Assembly (NCBI RefSeq): GCF_000011805.1
Contig: NC_006841.2
From: Aliivibrio fischeri ES114
Lineage (GTDB): Bacteria > Pseudomonadota > Gammaproteobacteria > Enterobacterales > Vibrionaceae
Length of the DNA: 32,000 nucleotides
Reading direction: 5' to 3' (one strand)
The notes beneath the pieces were generated by a model. That model had not been told where the DNA came from, ran no database searches, and was given only the letters and a program-made list of their open reading frames with translations. The translations under genes and the position numbers were made by a program. This document shows positions 19,167-29,031 of this stretch, piece by piece; the first letter of the stretch is position 1, and each line of letters opens with the position of its first letter.

Positions 19167-19970
19167 TCACATCCCTTTAAACAAACTTTGAGCACTTCTG
19201 CTTACGGGTAATTTCACACCACCAATATGAACATACAAATGCCCCAGTAAATCCTTTTTCACTTTTTCTATTTGAGCAACATTAACGATACTTGAACGGT
19301 GAATTTGCCAAAAATGATCTGGATTGATCTTTTGCTGTAACTCTTTTAGCGAACTGCGAATAAGGTATTCCGTTATATCGATATCATTTTGCTTGGCATA
19401 AACCGAAACGTATTTATCCTCCGCTTTAAAATACAAAACATCTGAAACAGAAATTAAATGTAGATCTTCACCTTTGTACGCTTTAATCCAACATAAATAT
19501 TCTGGTTGTTGCTGTGCAGACAGTTGCTGTATCTGAGCAAAAAGATCACTCAATACATCTTGATTTTGTTTAGGCGCTGAGTGTTTATTTTGCTGAGTTA
19601 CCCTCTGTTTTAGTTTTTCACAGGTGGCTTCAAGTCTGGTTTCAGAGATGGGTTTTAACACATAATCAATCGCATTGGTTTCAAACGCTTTTACCGCAAA
19701 TTCATCATAAGCGGTAATGAAGACAATTAACGGCGCTACGGTACCTTTTTGTAATTTTGCCGCCAATGCCATGCCATCTAACTCTGGCATTTTTATATCT
19801 AAAAAGGCGATATCCGGTTGGTGTTGTTCTATTGCATCAAGCGCTTCTTTACCGTTAGCACATACTGCTACAATATCTAAATCAAACCAAAGATCGGATA
19901 ACATTTTTTCTAAATGAAAGCGTAATAATGGCTCATCATCGGCAATAACGGCGGTAATGGATTGACTCAT
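19167..19970 (-). CDS. LytTR-family response regulator
   Basis: Receiver domain (VIADDEP...[14 protein letters not shown]...[26 protein letters not shown]) plus LytTR domain ([19 protein letters not shown]). Confidence 0.92.
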   Translation of the reverse strand: MSQSITAVIADDEPLLRFHLEKMLSDLWFDLDIVAVCANGKEALDAIEQHQPDIAFLDIKMPELDGMALAAKLQKGTVAPLIVFITAYDEFAVKAFETNAIDYVLKPISETRLEATCEKLKQRVTQQNKHSAPKQNQDVLSDLFAQIQQLSAQQQPEYLCWIKAYKGEDLHLISVSDVLYFKAEDKYVSVYAKQNDIDITEYLIRSSLKELQQKINPDHFWQIHRSSIVNVAQIEKVKKDLLGHLYVHIGGVKLPVSRSAQSLFKGM

Positions 19971-21019
19971 GAATACTCCCTATTTAATTGAAGTAATTTA
20001 TCCGATGGAATTGTCACCTCTGCACTTACACCACCATCTTTATTTTCAGTAATACGAACGGAAGCACTGCCATCGAACAAATCATATAATCGCTGTTTGA
20101 TATTATTTAAGCTCATCCCATGTCCTTTACTTGGCGGTACTGACTCCAATCCAACTCCATTATCAGAGATAACAACAATAAACTGATTATTCTCTTGCTT
20201 AAACTGAACCATAAGCTGCCCTCCCTGCGCACTCGGCTCTATACCATGGGTAATGGCATTTTCAACCAGAGGCTGAATTAACAGAGGTGGCAGAGAAATA
20301 GACTCAATTATCTGATTATCAATCTCATACGTTAAACGATCTCCTAAACGGATCTGTTGAATCGATAAATAAGCATTTAATAGCTCAATTTCTTGCTCAA
20401 CGGTAATTAATGGATTTCGGTTTGTCTTTAGCGATCCTCGCAGCAAATCCGTCAGTTTCTCTAGCATCAATTTTGCTTTATTGCTGTCTAACTCAATTAA
20501 CGCGCTGATATTCGCTAAGGTATTAAATAAAAAATGTGGCTCAATTTGACTTTGAAGCTGACTTAACTGGCTTAATACTAGCGCCTTTTCTTGCTCTAAC
20601 TGTTTACGCTTAGAGAGTGCCAACGCTTGCTCTGCTAACATGGTTTTCTCAGTTGCGTGAAAGTAATAGAAACAGATAGCGGTAAAGATCAATCCTAGTA
20701 ATACGATGGGCTGGAGTGCTTCTAAGGTGGCGAAATCCTCATATTTATTTAGCCATAATGATGCGTGAAACGTACCTAATGTGATAGAAAGCACCATGGC
20801 TAATACGGTGGAGTAGGCTTTTTTTAAAGTGGGAAAATTATTCTCTAAGACAAATGAGCATAAAACAGCACTGTAGCCATAACCTAAACTAATAGTGATA
20901 TGCTCATAAAATGGTGATGGCCAAATATTGCTCGTCATCATGGCAATAACTGTACAAAACAGCGTAGTAATCAGCAAACTTTTCACTAATTGCATTATCG
21001 TTTCTTTTCGCTCACTCAT
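19967..21019 (-). CDS. LytS/YehU-type sensor histidine kinase
   Basis: His_kinase motif [18 protein letters not shown] and HATPase_c DNGVGLE...[13 protein letters not shown]; multiple N-terminal TMs; 4-bp overlap with the regulator gene. Confidence 0.9.
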   Translation of the reverse strand: MSERKETIMQLVKSLLITTLFCTVIAMMTSNIWPSPFYEHITISLGYGYSAVLCSFVLENNFPTLKKAYSTVLAMVLSITLGTFHASLWLNKYEDFATLEALQPIVLLGLIFTAICFYYFHATEKTMLAEQALALSKRKQLEQEKALVLSQLSQLQSQIEPHFLFNTLANISALIELDSNKAKLMLEKLTDLLRGSLKTNRNPLITVEQEIELLNAYLSIQQIRLGDRLTYEIDNQIIESISLPPLLIQPLVENAITHGIEPSAQGGQLMVQFKQENNQFIVVISDNGVGLESVPPSKGHGMSLNNIKQRLYDLFDGSASVRITENKDGGVSAEVTIPSDKLLQLNREYS

Positions 21020-21095
21020 TAGAATCGTCCTTTTATATTCAGTAATAGCATATGCTTATCGGATAAATTTGCATACGCTGAGTCGCTTTTTCCTA

Positions 21096-22274
21096 TTAAA
21101 AAACGCGCGGCAGTTCCATTTCTACACTTGAATCACCTGAATCATGAAGCAAATAATTTAGCCATTGCGTGGCTATCACTCCGTTATCTTCTGGTGAATA
21201 CAATACATCAAATGTTGGGGTAAACTGACTTAACCATGAGAGGTCTTTACTCCACTGCCACCTTGTCCATGCGTTAGGATCTAAGCTCCAATGAAACATC
21301 ATGTTATGTTGAACCATATTGACATGATTAAAACCTTGTTGATATGACGCTGTTGCTACAGTAAGCGCATTATTCCACTCGTTTTTACTCCATGCTCGAC
21401 TGTCATACCAATACTCTACAACGACACTGCTTCCGATTTCATTTGCCCAAGTTAACCCTACTAGCGCTTGATAGGCATTCTCTTCTTTTTCTAAAGTGAC
21501 AGGATAACGTGTGATACTTGGCTGCTGATAAGAAAGATACTTTGATTGATACACTGCCGAGCCATGAAACTCCCACGCGGTATCTAGCACAGTAACAACA
21601 CTGGCTCCCAATAACCCTTGTCGAACATCATCATAATAAGCAACCCATTGGTATTCTGTATCTCCCACTAACGCATAGCGTCTTATGCCAATCCCTTGCT
21701 GTTCACCTTGCTCTTCTAACTCACTTCCTTTTTGTTGCGTCCATGATGAGTCGGTATAAATTAACGACCATTCACCTTGGTCATCAAAATAAGAGACCGA
21801 AGCGACACCGGCCCCTTCCTCTACTTGTATACCAACAGGGTTTCGACGATAAGGGGTAAAAATATCCAGCGGGCGATATCCATAACCAACACCCCAATCG
21901 ACTCTTACTTTACCCAACTGTAAATCCAATGGAATATCGGCAATATCAATGCTGCTTTGCCAAAATAATTCACTGACAATCAGCTCACCTTCTGCACTTT
22001 TATCTTCTAATTGATTGCTAGACTGGTAATAAAGATCATTACCTTTAAGAGCCACCACCGCATTCCAGTTCTGATAACCGATTTGAACATCCAGTAATCC
22101 ATTAAATGACTCTTGGTGTTCATTGTCTGTCATTTGAGAAAAAACCGTCTCTCGCTGTTGAACCGTTTCGGCACTCAGCATCCAATCCCACTCGAAAGTC
22201 ATCTCAGAGGCTTGAGCGCTTAAAGAAGCCACCCAAGCACTACAATATACTAGCCGTTCTAGCCAAGATTTCAT
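21096..22274 (-). CDS. Predicted outer-membrane / beta-barrel-like protein, unknown function
   Basis: Signal peptide, alternating aromatic/polar strands, DWGVGYGYRPLDIFTPYRRNPVG; overlaps the end of the LolA-like gene region. Confidence 0.6.
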   Translation of the reverse strand: MKSWLERLVYCSAWVASLSAQASEMTFEWDWMLSAETVQQRETVFSQMTDNEHQESFNGLLDVQIGYQNWNAVVALKGNDLYYQSSNQLEDKSAEGELIVSELFWQSSIDIADIPLDLQLGKVRVDWGVGYGYRPLDIFTPYRRNPVGIQVEEGAGVASVSYFDDQGEWSLIYTDSSWTQQKGSELEEQGEQQGIGIRRYALVGDTEYQWVAYYDDVRQGLLGASVVTVLDTAWEFHGSAVYQSKYLSYQQPSITRYPVTLEKEENAYQALVGLTWANEIGSSVVVEYWYDSRAWSKNEWNNALTVATASYQQGFNHVNMVQHNMMFHWSLDPNAWTRWQWSKDLSWLSQFTPTFDVLYSPEDNGVIATQWLNYLLHDSGDSSVEMELPRVF

Positions 22275-22276
22275 GA

Positions 22277-23074
22277 TCACAAATCCAACTGTTTGGTGCG
22301 TGACAGATAAGCAGGGTTATAATATTTATCGGCAATCTCTGTTGGTGTAATTTCTTTATATTCAATCACCGTTTTTTGATTGGTTTGAATTTGATCGTTT
22401 AACACCATTGAAATCACTTTGGCTTCACCTTCCCTTACCCCTTTAATAAACCACGCTTCTTTGGCCATTTTTCCTGACCGCAAATACAAATCGGCTTTAA
22501 TCGGAAAACCCGTTCCTTGCTCTAACCATAAATCGATAGTGAAATAACTCGCGCCTTTTGTTGTCGCTTTTAGTTTAATCTTCTCAGTTTGAATCGCTTG
22601 ACCATCGGTTAGCTCGAACGTTGTCGATTCAATCCACTTACCTTGATAATCCTCACTCCACGTTAACGTTGAAATGTCACCCACAGAGGCTTCACCGAGT
22701 AACTTTTGCATCGGTGTAATACGAATTGGGCGGCGACTTTTCGGCATGAGTAACCAATAGTTATCCCCTAGCATCAGCATCTTTTGTCCGGCTTCCACTT
22801 GAGAATTAAACAACACCAAAGATTCTCGATCTTCTCGTGTGTATACCGTGTATTGGCGAGTTTTATCTAGCTCGTCATTTTTGTATAGCTTAACCTCAGA
22901 AACCACTTTTGCTGAACTTTCACCTAAGCGAAAATCATCGGCCTTTTTCACCAGTTGTTTCACTTGAGCCTCGGTTAGACTGCTTGTGTTATCCATACTT
23001 TGTATTGTTGCGGTTGCGGTCGATTGGAAGCCAACAAGCACGAACAGAATAAATAAGTGAGATAATTTAGACAT
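22277..23074 (-). CDS. LolA-like / outer-membrane lipoprotein-sorting-type periplasmic protein
   Basis: Signal peptide; NYWLLMPKSRRPIRITPMQKLLGEASVGDISTLTW and FPIKADLYLRSGKMAKEAWF typical of this group. Confidence 0.75.
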   Translation of the reverse strand: MSKLSHLFILFVLVGFQSTATATIQSMDNTSSLTEAQVKQLVKKADDFRLGESSAKVVSEVKLYKNDELDKTRQYTVYTREDRESLVLFNSQVEAGQKMLMLGDNYWLLMPKSRRPIRITPMQKLLGEASVGDISTLTWSEDYQGKWIESTTFELTDGQAIQTEKIKLKATTKGASYFTIDLWLEQGTGFPIKADLYLRSGKMAKEAWFIKGVREGEAKVISMVLNDQIQTNQKTVIEYKEITPTEIADKYYNPAYLSRTKQLDL

Positions 23075-24335
23075 AAATAAGCGCCTCTGTAATGGGTTTT
23101 TTCACGCCTTTTTTGGCCGATAAGTATGCTGCCAGTAAACAAATACACACAACACCAACGCCAGCATAAGCCACTAATTCAAATGAGAAATAAATATTCA
23201 GTGGGTAACCGTCCGTTCTTCCCGGTGGTGGTGGCATCTGCACATCAACCACTAACAGCAGTATTGTCGTTAAGGCTGTCATTACTGCACCAAGCACCAC
23301 TCCTATTACCGCAAGTAAGCCAGCTTCTCGTAAGAATGAGTGAATGATCTCGTTAGGATAGCTTCCTAATGCGGATAACGTGCCGATCTCACGTGTTCTT
23401 TCTGTTACTGACATCGTCATGGTATTAAACAAAGCCACAAAAACGACTAATCCCATCACAAAGCCCATCACACCAAAGATAAGATCATATAAATCTTTCA
23501 CTTTGTTGTAGAAAAATGCGCGTTCTTGCCATGGAGTGATTTCAACGTCGTAATCAAGTGGCATTGTTTCTAACTCTTGAGCTAATCGTTGATGTAACTC
23601 TGCAGTTTTCTCGGTATCAAATAAAAATACCGATAAGGTACTCACTTTCTCTGATAGCAGTAGCTCTTGTGCAGAATCGATATGAATATAAAGCTGACGT
23701 TTATCTAACTCAGGCACCCCCGTTGAATAGGTACCATGCACTTTAAAATCAAACGCGTTAAGTGCCCCTTCGCTGGTGGTTGCCAGTATGGTTACCCAGT
23801 CACCTACACTGACGTTGAGGTTTCTCGCTAAATCCACTCCAAGCATGATTTCAGGCTCCATGACATCGTATCGACTTGAGGTAATGTCGGTTAACGTTTT
23901 TCCTGATCTCATGTCTAAAAATGGGCCTTTCATATCGAACTCTCGATCGTTCACCCCAGTTCCCATGAAAATCGTCGATTTTACACCATTAGAAATTAGC
24001 CCTGTAAAATCAATTCGAGGTTGTACGCCTCTTACCTCATCGTATTTCATCATGGTGCGAATTAATTCTGATGTATCTGATAATCCATTACTTAATGGCA
24101 TCTCTTCATCGCTTTCAAAGTAACCCGGTTGACTTAATGTAAGATGGCCCGTATCTCTGGCTGTCGATTCTTTCAGTGAGTCATAAGTATATAAACCAAA
24201 CCCACCCGCACTGGTCAATGCAAATACGGTAATCGTAATAATTAAGATAGAAAGTGCGCTACGACGGCCGTTTCGCAATAAATTCAACCACGCTAAACGC
24301 AGAGAATAAGGTAATAGTGAGATTAACTTGCGCAT
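23067..24335 (-). CDS. ABC transporter permease (MacB/LolC-E-type, FtsX-like)
   Basis: MRKLISLLPYSLRLAWLNLLRNGRRSALSILIITITVFAL, periplasmic domain, C-terminal FtsX-like TMs. Start at 24335 has SD AAGGAGG; ORF track start 24389 lies inside the ATPase gene. Confidence 0.85.
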   Translation of the reverse strand: MRKLISLLPYSLRLAWLNLLRNGRRSALSILIITITVFALTSAGGFGLYTYDSLKESTARDTGHLTLSQPGYFESDEEMPLSNGLSDTSELIRTMMKYDEVRGVQPRIDFTGLISNGVKSTIFMGTGVNDREFDMKGPFLDMRSGKTLTDITSSRYDVMEPEIMLGVDLARNLNVSVGDWVTILATTSEGALNAFDFKVHGTYSTGVPELDKRQLYIHIDSAQELLLSEKVSTLSVFLFDTEKTAELHQRLAQELETMPLDYDVEITPWQERAFFYNKVKDLYDLIFGVMGFVMGLVVFVALFNTMTMSVTERTREIGTLSALGSYPNEIIHSFLREAGLLAVIGVVLGAVMTALTTILLLVVDVQMPPPPGRTDGYPLNIYFSFELVAYAGVGVVCICLLAAYLSAKKGVKKPITEALIYV

Positions 24336-25009
24336 GACACGGCCTCCTTGCTGATGGTTCCATCCAGTAAGTTGATGCACGTATCGCAATGTTGCGCCAT
24401 TCGATAATCATGCGTTGCAACAATAAAGGTGGTGCCAATTTCCTTCCCGAGCGCTTTCATAATATCAATCACGGTCTCTGCGGTTTGGCTATCTAAACTG
24501 GCTGTTGGCTCATCCGCAATAACCAAACTTGGTTTATGAACTAAAGCACGTGCAATAGCGACACGTTGCTGTTGTCCACCAGAAAGGTTATCAGGTCGAT
24601 GGTGAATAACATCGCCTAGCCCCACTTTTTCTAGCATTTCAGTGGCTAAGATCCTTTGCTCTTTACTGCTGTATCCATTTAACACTAATGGGTATGCTAC
24701 GTTCTCTAATGCGGTCATCACGGGGACTAAATTAAAACGCTGAAACACAAAGCCCAGTTGGTGACGTCGTAACTTAGCGGCTTCAATAGGGTCTTTAGGG
24801 TAAAACTCACCATCCATTTTAATTTCTCCCTGATAATCCATATCAAGTAAGCCTAAGATGTTTAATAAGGTACTTTTTCCTGAACCGGATGGCCCGCATA
24901 ACGCCACCATGCTGCCTTTTATGATAAAACCATCGACTTGTTTCAAAGCCTCCACACGCTGTAAACCGAGCTGATAAGTTTTTTCTATTCCTTTAAAACT
25001 GATCATCAT
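24323..25009 (-). CDS. ABC transporter ATP-binding protein (LolD/MacB-type)
   Basis: Walker A GPSGSGKST, signature LSGGQQQRVAIARALVHKP, Walker B LVIADEPTASLD. Confidence 0.92.
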   Translation of the reverse strand: MMISFKGIEKTYQLGLQRVEALKQVDGFIIKGSMVALCGPSGSGKSTLLNILGLLDMDYQGEIKMDGEFYPKDPIEAAKLRRHQLGFVFQRFNLVPVMTALENVAYPLVLNGYSSKEQRILATEMLEKVGLGDVIHHRPDNLSGGQQQRVAIARALVHKPSLVIADEPTASLDSQTAETVIDIMKALGKEIGTTFIVATHDYRMAQHCDTCINLLDGTISKEAVSCAS

Positions 25010-25015
25010 TATCTC

Positions 25016-25657
25016 CTAATTACTTGCGGTAATAAGCGATTGGGCGTTAAGGGATTCTGGGTGGGTGTTATCTTGTTTTAGCATCACAGCGAGCCACTCT
25101 TCGGCTTGCGCAGTGTCTTCTGCTCTAAGTGCTGCTTGTACTGCGTATCCGTATATCCAAGCCGTCGCTTCATAAGGCTGCTGTTGAAATGTTGGCTCTG
25201 AAAGTAGAGCTAAATAGAGATCATAACCACGCTCAAAGTGATTAAACATATCAGGAAGTTGTGAATAGGTTGCCGCCGCTAGGGCACGAGTAAGATAAGA
25301 CTCAGGCAAACCAGAAACTATCGTCTGTTCTTCAATTGGTGCATTTTCTGTCGCGAGTAAATTTAACCCTTTCCCTATTTTCGCTAGTCCTTGTTCAACG
25401 TATTTCATTGCGGTCCATGGCATCATGGCATCTCGACCTTTTAGGGTTTCTGCACTTCCTAAATAGACAAGTGTCAGTGGTGTTGCTCCATCTGTTTGAA
25501 TCAATTCCTCAAAACGATCATAAGCCTGCTCGACAAGATCTTCATTTCCTGCTGCCGCTTGGTTATATACAGAAATGTCTTCATCCGTTAACGCCGCTTG
25601 AGTTGAAAACGTCATTACACTTATTAATAAACTTACCATTGCTGTTATTCGTTTCAT
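25016..25657 (-). CDS. Predicted periplasmic TPR-like protein
   Basis: MKRITAMVSLLISVMTFSTQAA signal peptide with SD AAGGA 7 nt upstream of the ATG at 25657; helical repeat-like body ending in EEWLAVMLKQDNTHPESLNAQSL. Confidence 0.65.
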   Translation of the reverse strand: MKRITAMVSLLISVMTFSTQAALTDEDISVYNQAAAGNEDLVEQAYDRFEELIQTDGATPLTLVYLGSAETLKGRDAMMPWTAMKYVEQGLAKIGKGLNLLATENAPIEEQTIVSGLPESYLTRALAAATYSQLPDMFNHFERGYDLYLALLSEPTFQQQPYEATAWIYGYAVQAALRAEDTAQAEEWLAVMLKQDNTHPESLNAQSLITASN

Positions 25658-25733
25658 CTGTCTGTCCTTAATTAAATGATCCTGTTTGATGTTCACAGAT
25701 TAACTAAGACAAAAATAAAAAAACGCTGAATGC

Positions 25734-25763
25734 GACGAACGGTAAATAGAGAGGATGAATGGT
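25734..25763 (-). promoter_or_regulatory. Candidate LytTR-type direct-repeat operator
   Basis: Minus strand ACCATTCATC (25763-25754), 10-nt spacer, ACCGTTCGTC (25743-25734). The second repeat fits the published LytTR half-site pattern [TA][AC][CA]GTTN[AG][TG]; the first differs at one position. Confidence 0.6.
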
Positions 25764-25842
25764 AATAATGAGTTTAAATACTTGTCATCGATACCTATTC
25801 TGGTTAAGTTTAACGCTTACTAATTAAACAAGGATGCGTGTA

Positions 25843-26337
25843 ATGGAAATAGTGATTCGCCGAACAGAAGTAAAAGACATTGATGGGTTGTGTGAATTAT
25901 ACAGCCAACCTCAAGCTCAGGCGCAAACTCTCCAACTTCCTATTCCATCACGTGCTCTCTGGGAAAAACGACTCTCAGCAATACCTGACAATGTTTACAG
26001 CTATGTTGCCCTTATTGATGGGAAAATTGTGGGGAATATTGGCTTTGAACATGTAACACGCCCAAGAACCCAACATGTTGCGCACTTTGGTATGGGGGTT
26101 CACGATGACTATCACGGTCGTGGTGTTGGAAGTAAATTATTAGAAACGGTGTTAGATCTTGCTGACAACTGGCTCAATGTGAGACGCATTGAAATTGATG
26201 CGTTTGTCGATAATCACGCAGCTCTAAGGCTATATAAAAAATTCGGGTTTGTTATTGAAGGAGAAGCTATTGATTCTGCGTTTAGAAATGGTGAATTCAT
26301 CAACACCTACTATTTGGCTCGCATTAATCGTAACTAA
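25843..26337 (+). CDS. GNAT family N-acetyltransferase
   Basis: GMGVHDDYHGRGVGSKLLETVLDLADNWLNVRRIEIDAFVDNHAALRLYKKFGFVIEGE. Confidence 0.88.
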   Translation: MEIVIRRTEVKDIDGLCELYSQPQAQAQTLQLPIPSRALWEKRLSAIPDNVYSYVALIDGKIVGNIGFEHVTRPRTQHVAHFGMGVHDDYHGRGVGSKLLETVLDLADNWLNVRRIEIDAFVDNHAALRLYKKFGFVIEGEAIDSAFRNGEFINTYYLARINRN

Positions 26338-26413
26338 CTTCTCTCTTCTTTTTGGTAGCAAACTTAATTAAACGTGGCGGTCTGTTTCTGAATATTAGGA
26401 GCAACCGCCATAC

Positions 26414-26683
26414 TTAGCGTAATTGACTGTCTTTACTTGCTCTGCGGTTATAAGCACTGAATGCTTTTTCACGCGCATCTTCTTTTGCCTGACATTCAAC
26501 ACACAGCTCTACACCTGGTATTATGTTTCGTCGTGCTTCTGGAATTAATTCCCCACACTCTAAACAATAATTCGTATCATTGTGCTCATGATGAAGATGC
26601 GAACGAGCACGGTTAATTGCATCAATTACAGTGGCATCTATTTGTTCTTGAACGCCACCATCTCTTGTAAATCCATTAGCCAT
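26414..26683 (-). CDS. DksA/TraR-type C4 zinc finger protein, YbiI-like
   Basis: CLECGELIPEARRNIIPGVELCVECQ zinc finger in an 89-aa protein. Confidence 0.85.
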   Translation of the reverse strand: MANGFTRDGGVQEQIDATVIDAINRARSHLHHEHNDTNYCLECGELIPEARRNIIPGVELCVECQAKEDAREKAFSAYNRRASKDSQLR

Positions 26684-26769
26684 AATGGTCTCCAGTTAAT
26701 GAAATAACGACTAGGAGAGCATTATCTATTATTTACAGTACTCTGATAATAGCGCCAAATGTGAATTAC

Positions 26770-26787
26770 TATTACAGTTGTGTAATA
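26770..26787. repeat. Short inverted repeat TATTACA-GTTG-TGTAATA
   Basis: 7-bp perfect arms, upstream of the DksA-type gene. Confidence 0.5.
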
Positions 26788-26807
26788 AACAAAATTAAGG
26801 GGATATT

Positions 26808-26837
26808 AAAAAAGCCGCAAAATTAACTTACGGCTTT
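26808..26837 (-). terminator. Rho-independent terminator after the YbiB-like gene
   Basis: Minus strand AAGCCGTAA ... TTGCGGCTT followed by TTTTTAA. Confidence 0.65.
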
Positions 26838-26866
26838 CATTCATAGCTAGAACATTAAATGTGTCG

Positions 26867-27871
26867 TTAAGCGATAGTTTTTACATACTCTTCCCAATAT
26901 TGAGTAGCAACTTTAATCGCCTCTTCTCTTGGGTAGTTTTCTGCTCGCTTATTTGCCCACAATACATTAGCCACATTAAAAATAACAGTGTTCGCCATTA
27001 GCTGTAATTGTTCTGATTTAGTACCTAACAAACAAAATTGAGGGACTGGTAAATCTTCAATTAATGCTTCTTCCCAATACAGCTCTTCACATACCCCTTT
27101 TGATGCACACCATAGAGACTGGCTAACTTTAGGATTAAATTCAGATTCTCCACCCATACCTTTAAAGCACAATGCTAATTCAGAGCAGTCATCCGTTGCT
27201 TGTTGTAAGCGAGATTCCGCTTCACCATGCAGTTGTGGTAAGCCTGGGTGAAAGCTACCACGTAATGAAATAGGCGCTGATGCTGGGTTTAGCATACGTG
27301 CACAGGTATTCGCAGGGGTACGTAAACCATATTCATGTTGCCATAACAGCATGGTTTCTACTTGCGGTGCATAAACCGATAGAGGCAAATAAGCGATATT
27401 GCCATCATCTAGTGCTTTTTGTGTCTCGGTAATACTTGTACAACGTGGAATATTTAACTTATCAATTACTTGAGATACGTGCTCTCGGGTGCTGCCCAGC
27501 TGTAAGTGACCATGAATTAACACTCTAAAGCCTTTGTTCGCAAGAATTTGTGCTGCGTACAACTGCCACGAAGGACCTTGAACCTGACGCTTACCTGCAA
27601 AACATGCCCAATCAATATCAACATTAAGATCTTTTAATTCAGGAGTCTGAACATTACGAACAAATTCACGAATAGCCGTGGTAAAGCCACTTATCTCATC
27701 AACCGTTTCATTCTGAACTCGGATAAGCATCATCAACATCGCCATTTTATCATTGCTAATGTCGCCAGAAAGATACTCTTTCATTACTTGATAAGCTTGT
27801 TCAAACGTCAATGGTTTGCGACTGCGTTCACCACGCCCTACGCTTCTAATGCATTCTATAATTGAGCTCAT
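26867..27871 (-). CDS. ybiB: YbiB-like protein (anthranilate phosphoribosyltransferase/glycosyl transferase family 3-like)
   Basis: ECIRSVGRGERSRKPLTFEQAYQVMKEYLSGDISNDKMAMLMMLIRVQNETVDEISGFT and HGHLQLGSTREHV. Start at ATG 27871 preferred over 27985. Confidence 0.8.
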   Translation of the reverse strand: MSSIIECIRSVGRGERSRKPLTFEQAYQVMKEYLSGDISNDKMAMLMMLIRVQNETVDEISGFTTAIREFVRNVQTPELKDLNVDIDWACFAGKRQVQGPSWQLYAAQILANKGFRVLIHGHLQLGSTREHVSQVIDKLNIPRCTSITETQKALDDGNIAYLPLSVYAPQVETMLLWQHEYGLRTPANTCARMLNPASAPISLRGSFHPGLPQLHGEAESRLQQATDDCSELALCFKGMGGESEFNPKVSQSLWCASKGVCEELYWEEALIEDLPVPQFCLLGTKSEQLQLMANTVIFNVANVLWANKRAENYPREEAIKVATQYWEEYVKTIA

Positions 27872-27993
27872 GACTGTCCTTGTATTTTCTTTATAATTTT
27901 CAACTACACAGACGTTATCACATAAACAAAAAAATCCAAGAAATTCATAATAATCTACAAACCTCTTGGCTATTTTCTCAATCATTCAATGTC

Positions 27994-29019
27994 TTAATGC
28001 ACTTTCTCTTCTCGCTCGACACCTCGAAAGAAAATAGGAAACAACTTAATTAATCGATAACAGATCCAAATTAAAATACTTGTGACAATAACAGCAACAA
28101 CAATAGACGACACTCGATATAAAATAGAGAAGAATGCGTCTTTTTGTCCCGGAATTGCACCTGTAATAGGTATTGTTAATGCAGCCATCGCAGAGAACCC
28201 TATTCCTTTAATAGCAGGATTTTCACTGGCTAACCATTTACAAAAATAACCTGATGCAATCGCAAAACTTAATATATATAAGATAGGATTATCGTATAAA
28301 TCATATAACACTAACTGAATAGCCATGGCTGCCATACAACCAGCTAACGTTCCTACGATTCGGATACGAGCCATCATCAATGATCCTACTAATGTCATTG
28401 GCGAAAGCATAATTAGCATCGACGCTTGAGCGGATAATGAATCATTTAAATTTGCGATTTCGAAAATCAAAAACACAATCATGGCGACCATCCACCCCAA
28501 AGCCGTTTGCTCTAACATGTCTCTTGGATCTTTACTTTGCCCTTCTACTTTCAAGATTGGAGTGTGCGCTTCAATTGGATCAGGAAACAAATAAAAAGCC
28601 ATGGCGCAAATTGGCACCATCATAATGGCAGCAACCCATACCCCAATAATAAAGTTCTCTAAATCAAAAGTTGGATATGACCCAAAATTCAACAAAATTG
28701 AACCTACCAATAGCCCTGTGTATCCGAATAGATAACTGGCTTTATAATGCATGGCGTGACATTTAAAAAGCAGCATAATACCAACGGCAACGGTCATCAG
28801 TAATGGGTATGGCTGTAAAAAGCCAACGATCAATGACACTTGAATCCCTACCCAAAAAATACTGATTAACAGCTGTATGAACATCTGGGCATTCCAGCGG
28901 TTCAAATTAGATAAAATAAACAATGGGAACAAGGTACCAAACATACCATTCGACCAGCCAAATACCGTGCACATGGCAAATCCAACAACACAACCAAACC
29001 AAATTCGTAATGCTTTCAT
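27994..29019 (-). CDS. Inner-membrane protein, DUF2955/FUSC-like (AaeB-like) transport component
   Basis: Two sets of clustered TMs separated by a cytoplasmic region; immediately downstream of a HlyD-family gene. Confidence 0.65.
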   Translation of the reverse strand: MKALRIWFGCVVGFAMCTVFGWSNGMFGTLFPLFILSNLNRWNAQMFIQLLISIFWVGIQVSLIVGFLQPYPLLMTVAVGIMLLFKCHAMHYKASYLFGYTGLLVGSILLNFGSYPTFDLENFIIGVWVAAIMMVPICAMAFYLFPDPIEAHTPILKVEGQSKDPRDMLEQTALGWMVAMIVFLIFEIANLNDSLSAQASMLIMLSPMTLVGSLMMARIRIVGTLAGCMAAMAIQLVLYDLYDNPILYILSFAIASGYFCKWLASENPAIKGIGFSAMAALTIPITGAIPGQKDAFFSILYRVSSIVVAVIVTSILIWICYRLIKLFPIFFRGVEREEKVH

Positions 29020-29031
29020 GTAAGCCTCACA

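Noticed and set aside
23776-24123. 115-aa plus-strand ORF (also 23126..23347 and 23558..23746)
   Set aside because: All lie antisense within the ABC permease gene and look like shadow translations.
25336-25671. 111-aa plus-strand ORF with leucine-rich sequence
   Set aside because: Antisense to the signal-peptide-containing TPR-like gene, which has a good SD; leucine richness is a reverse-complement artefact.
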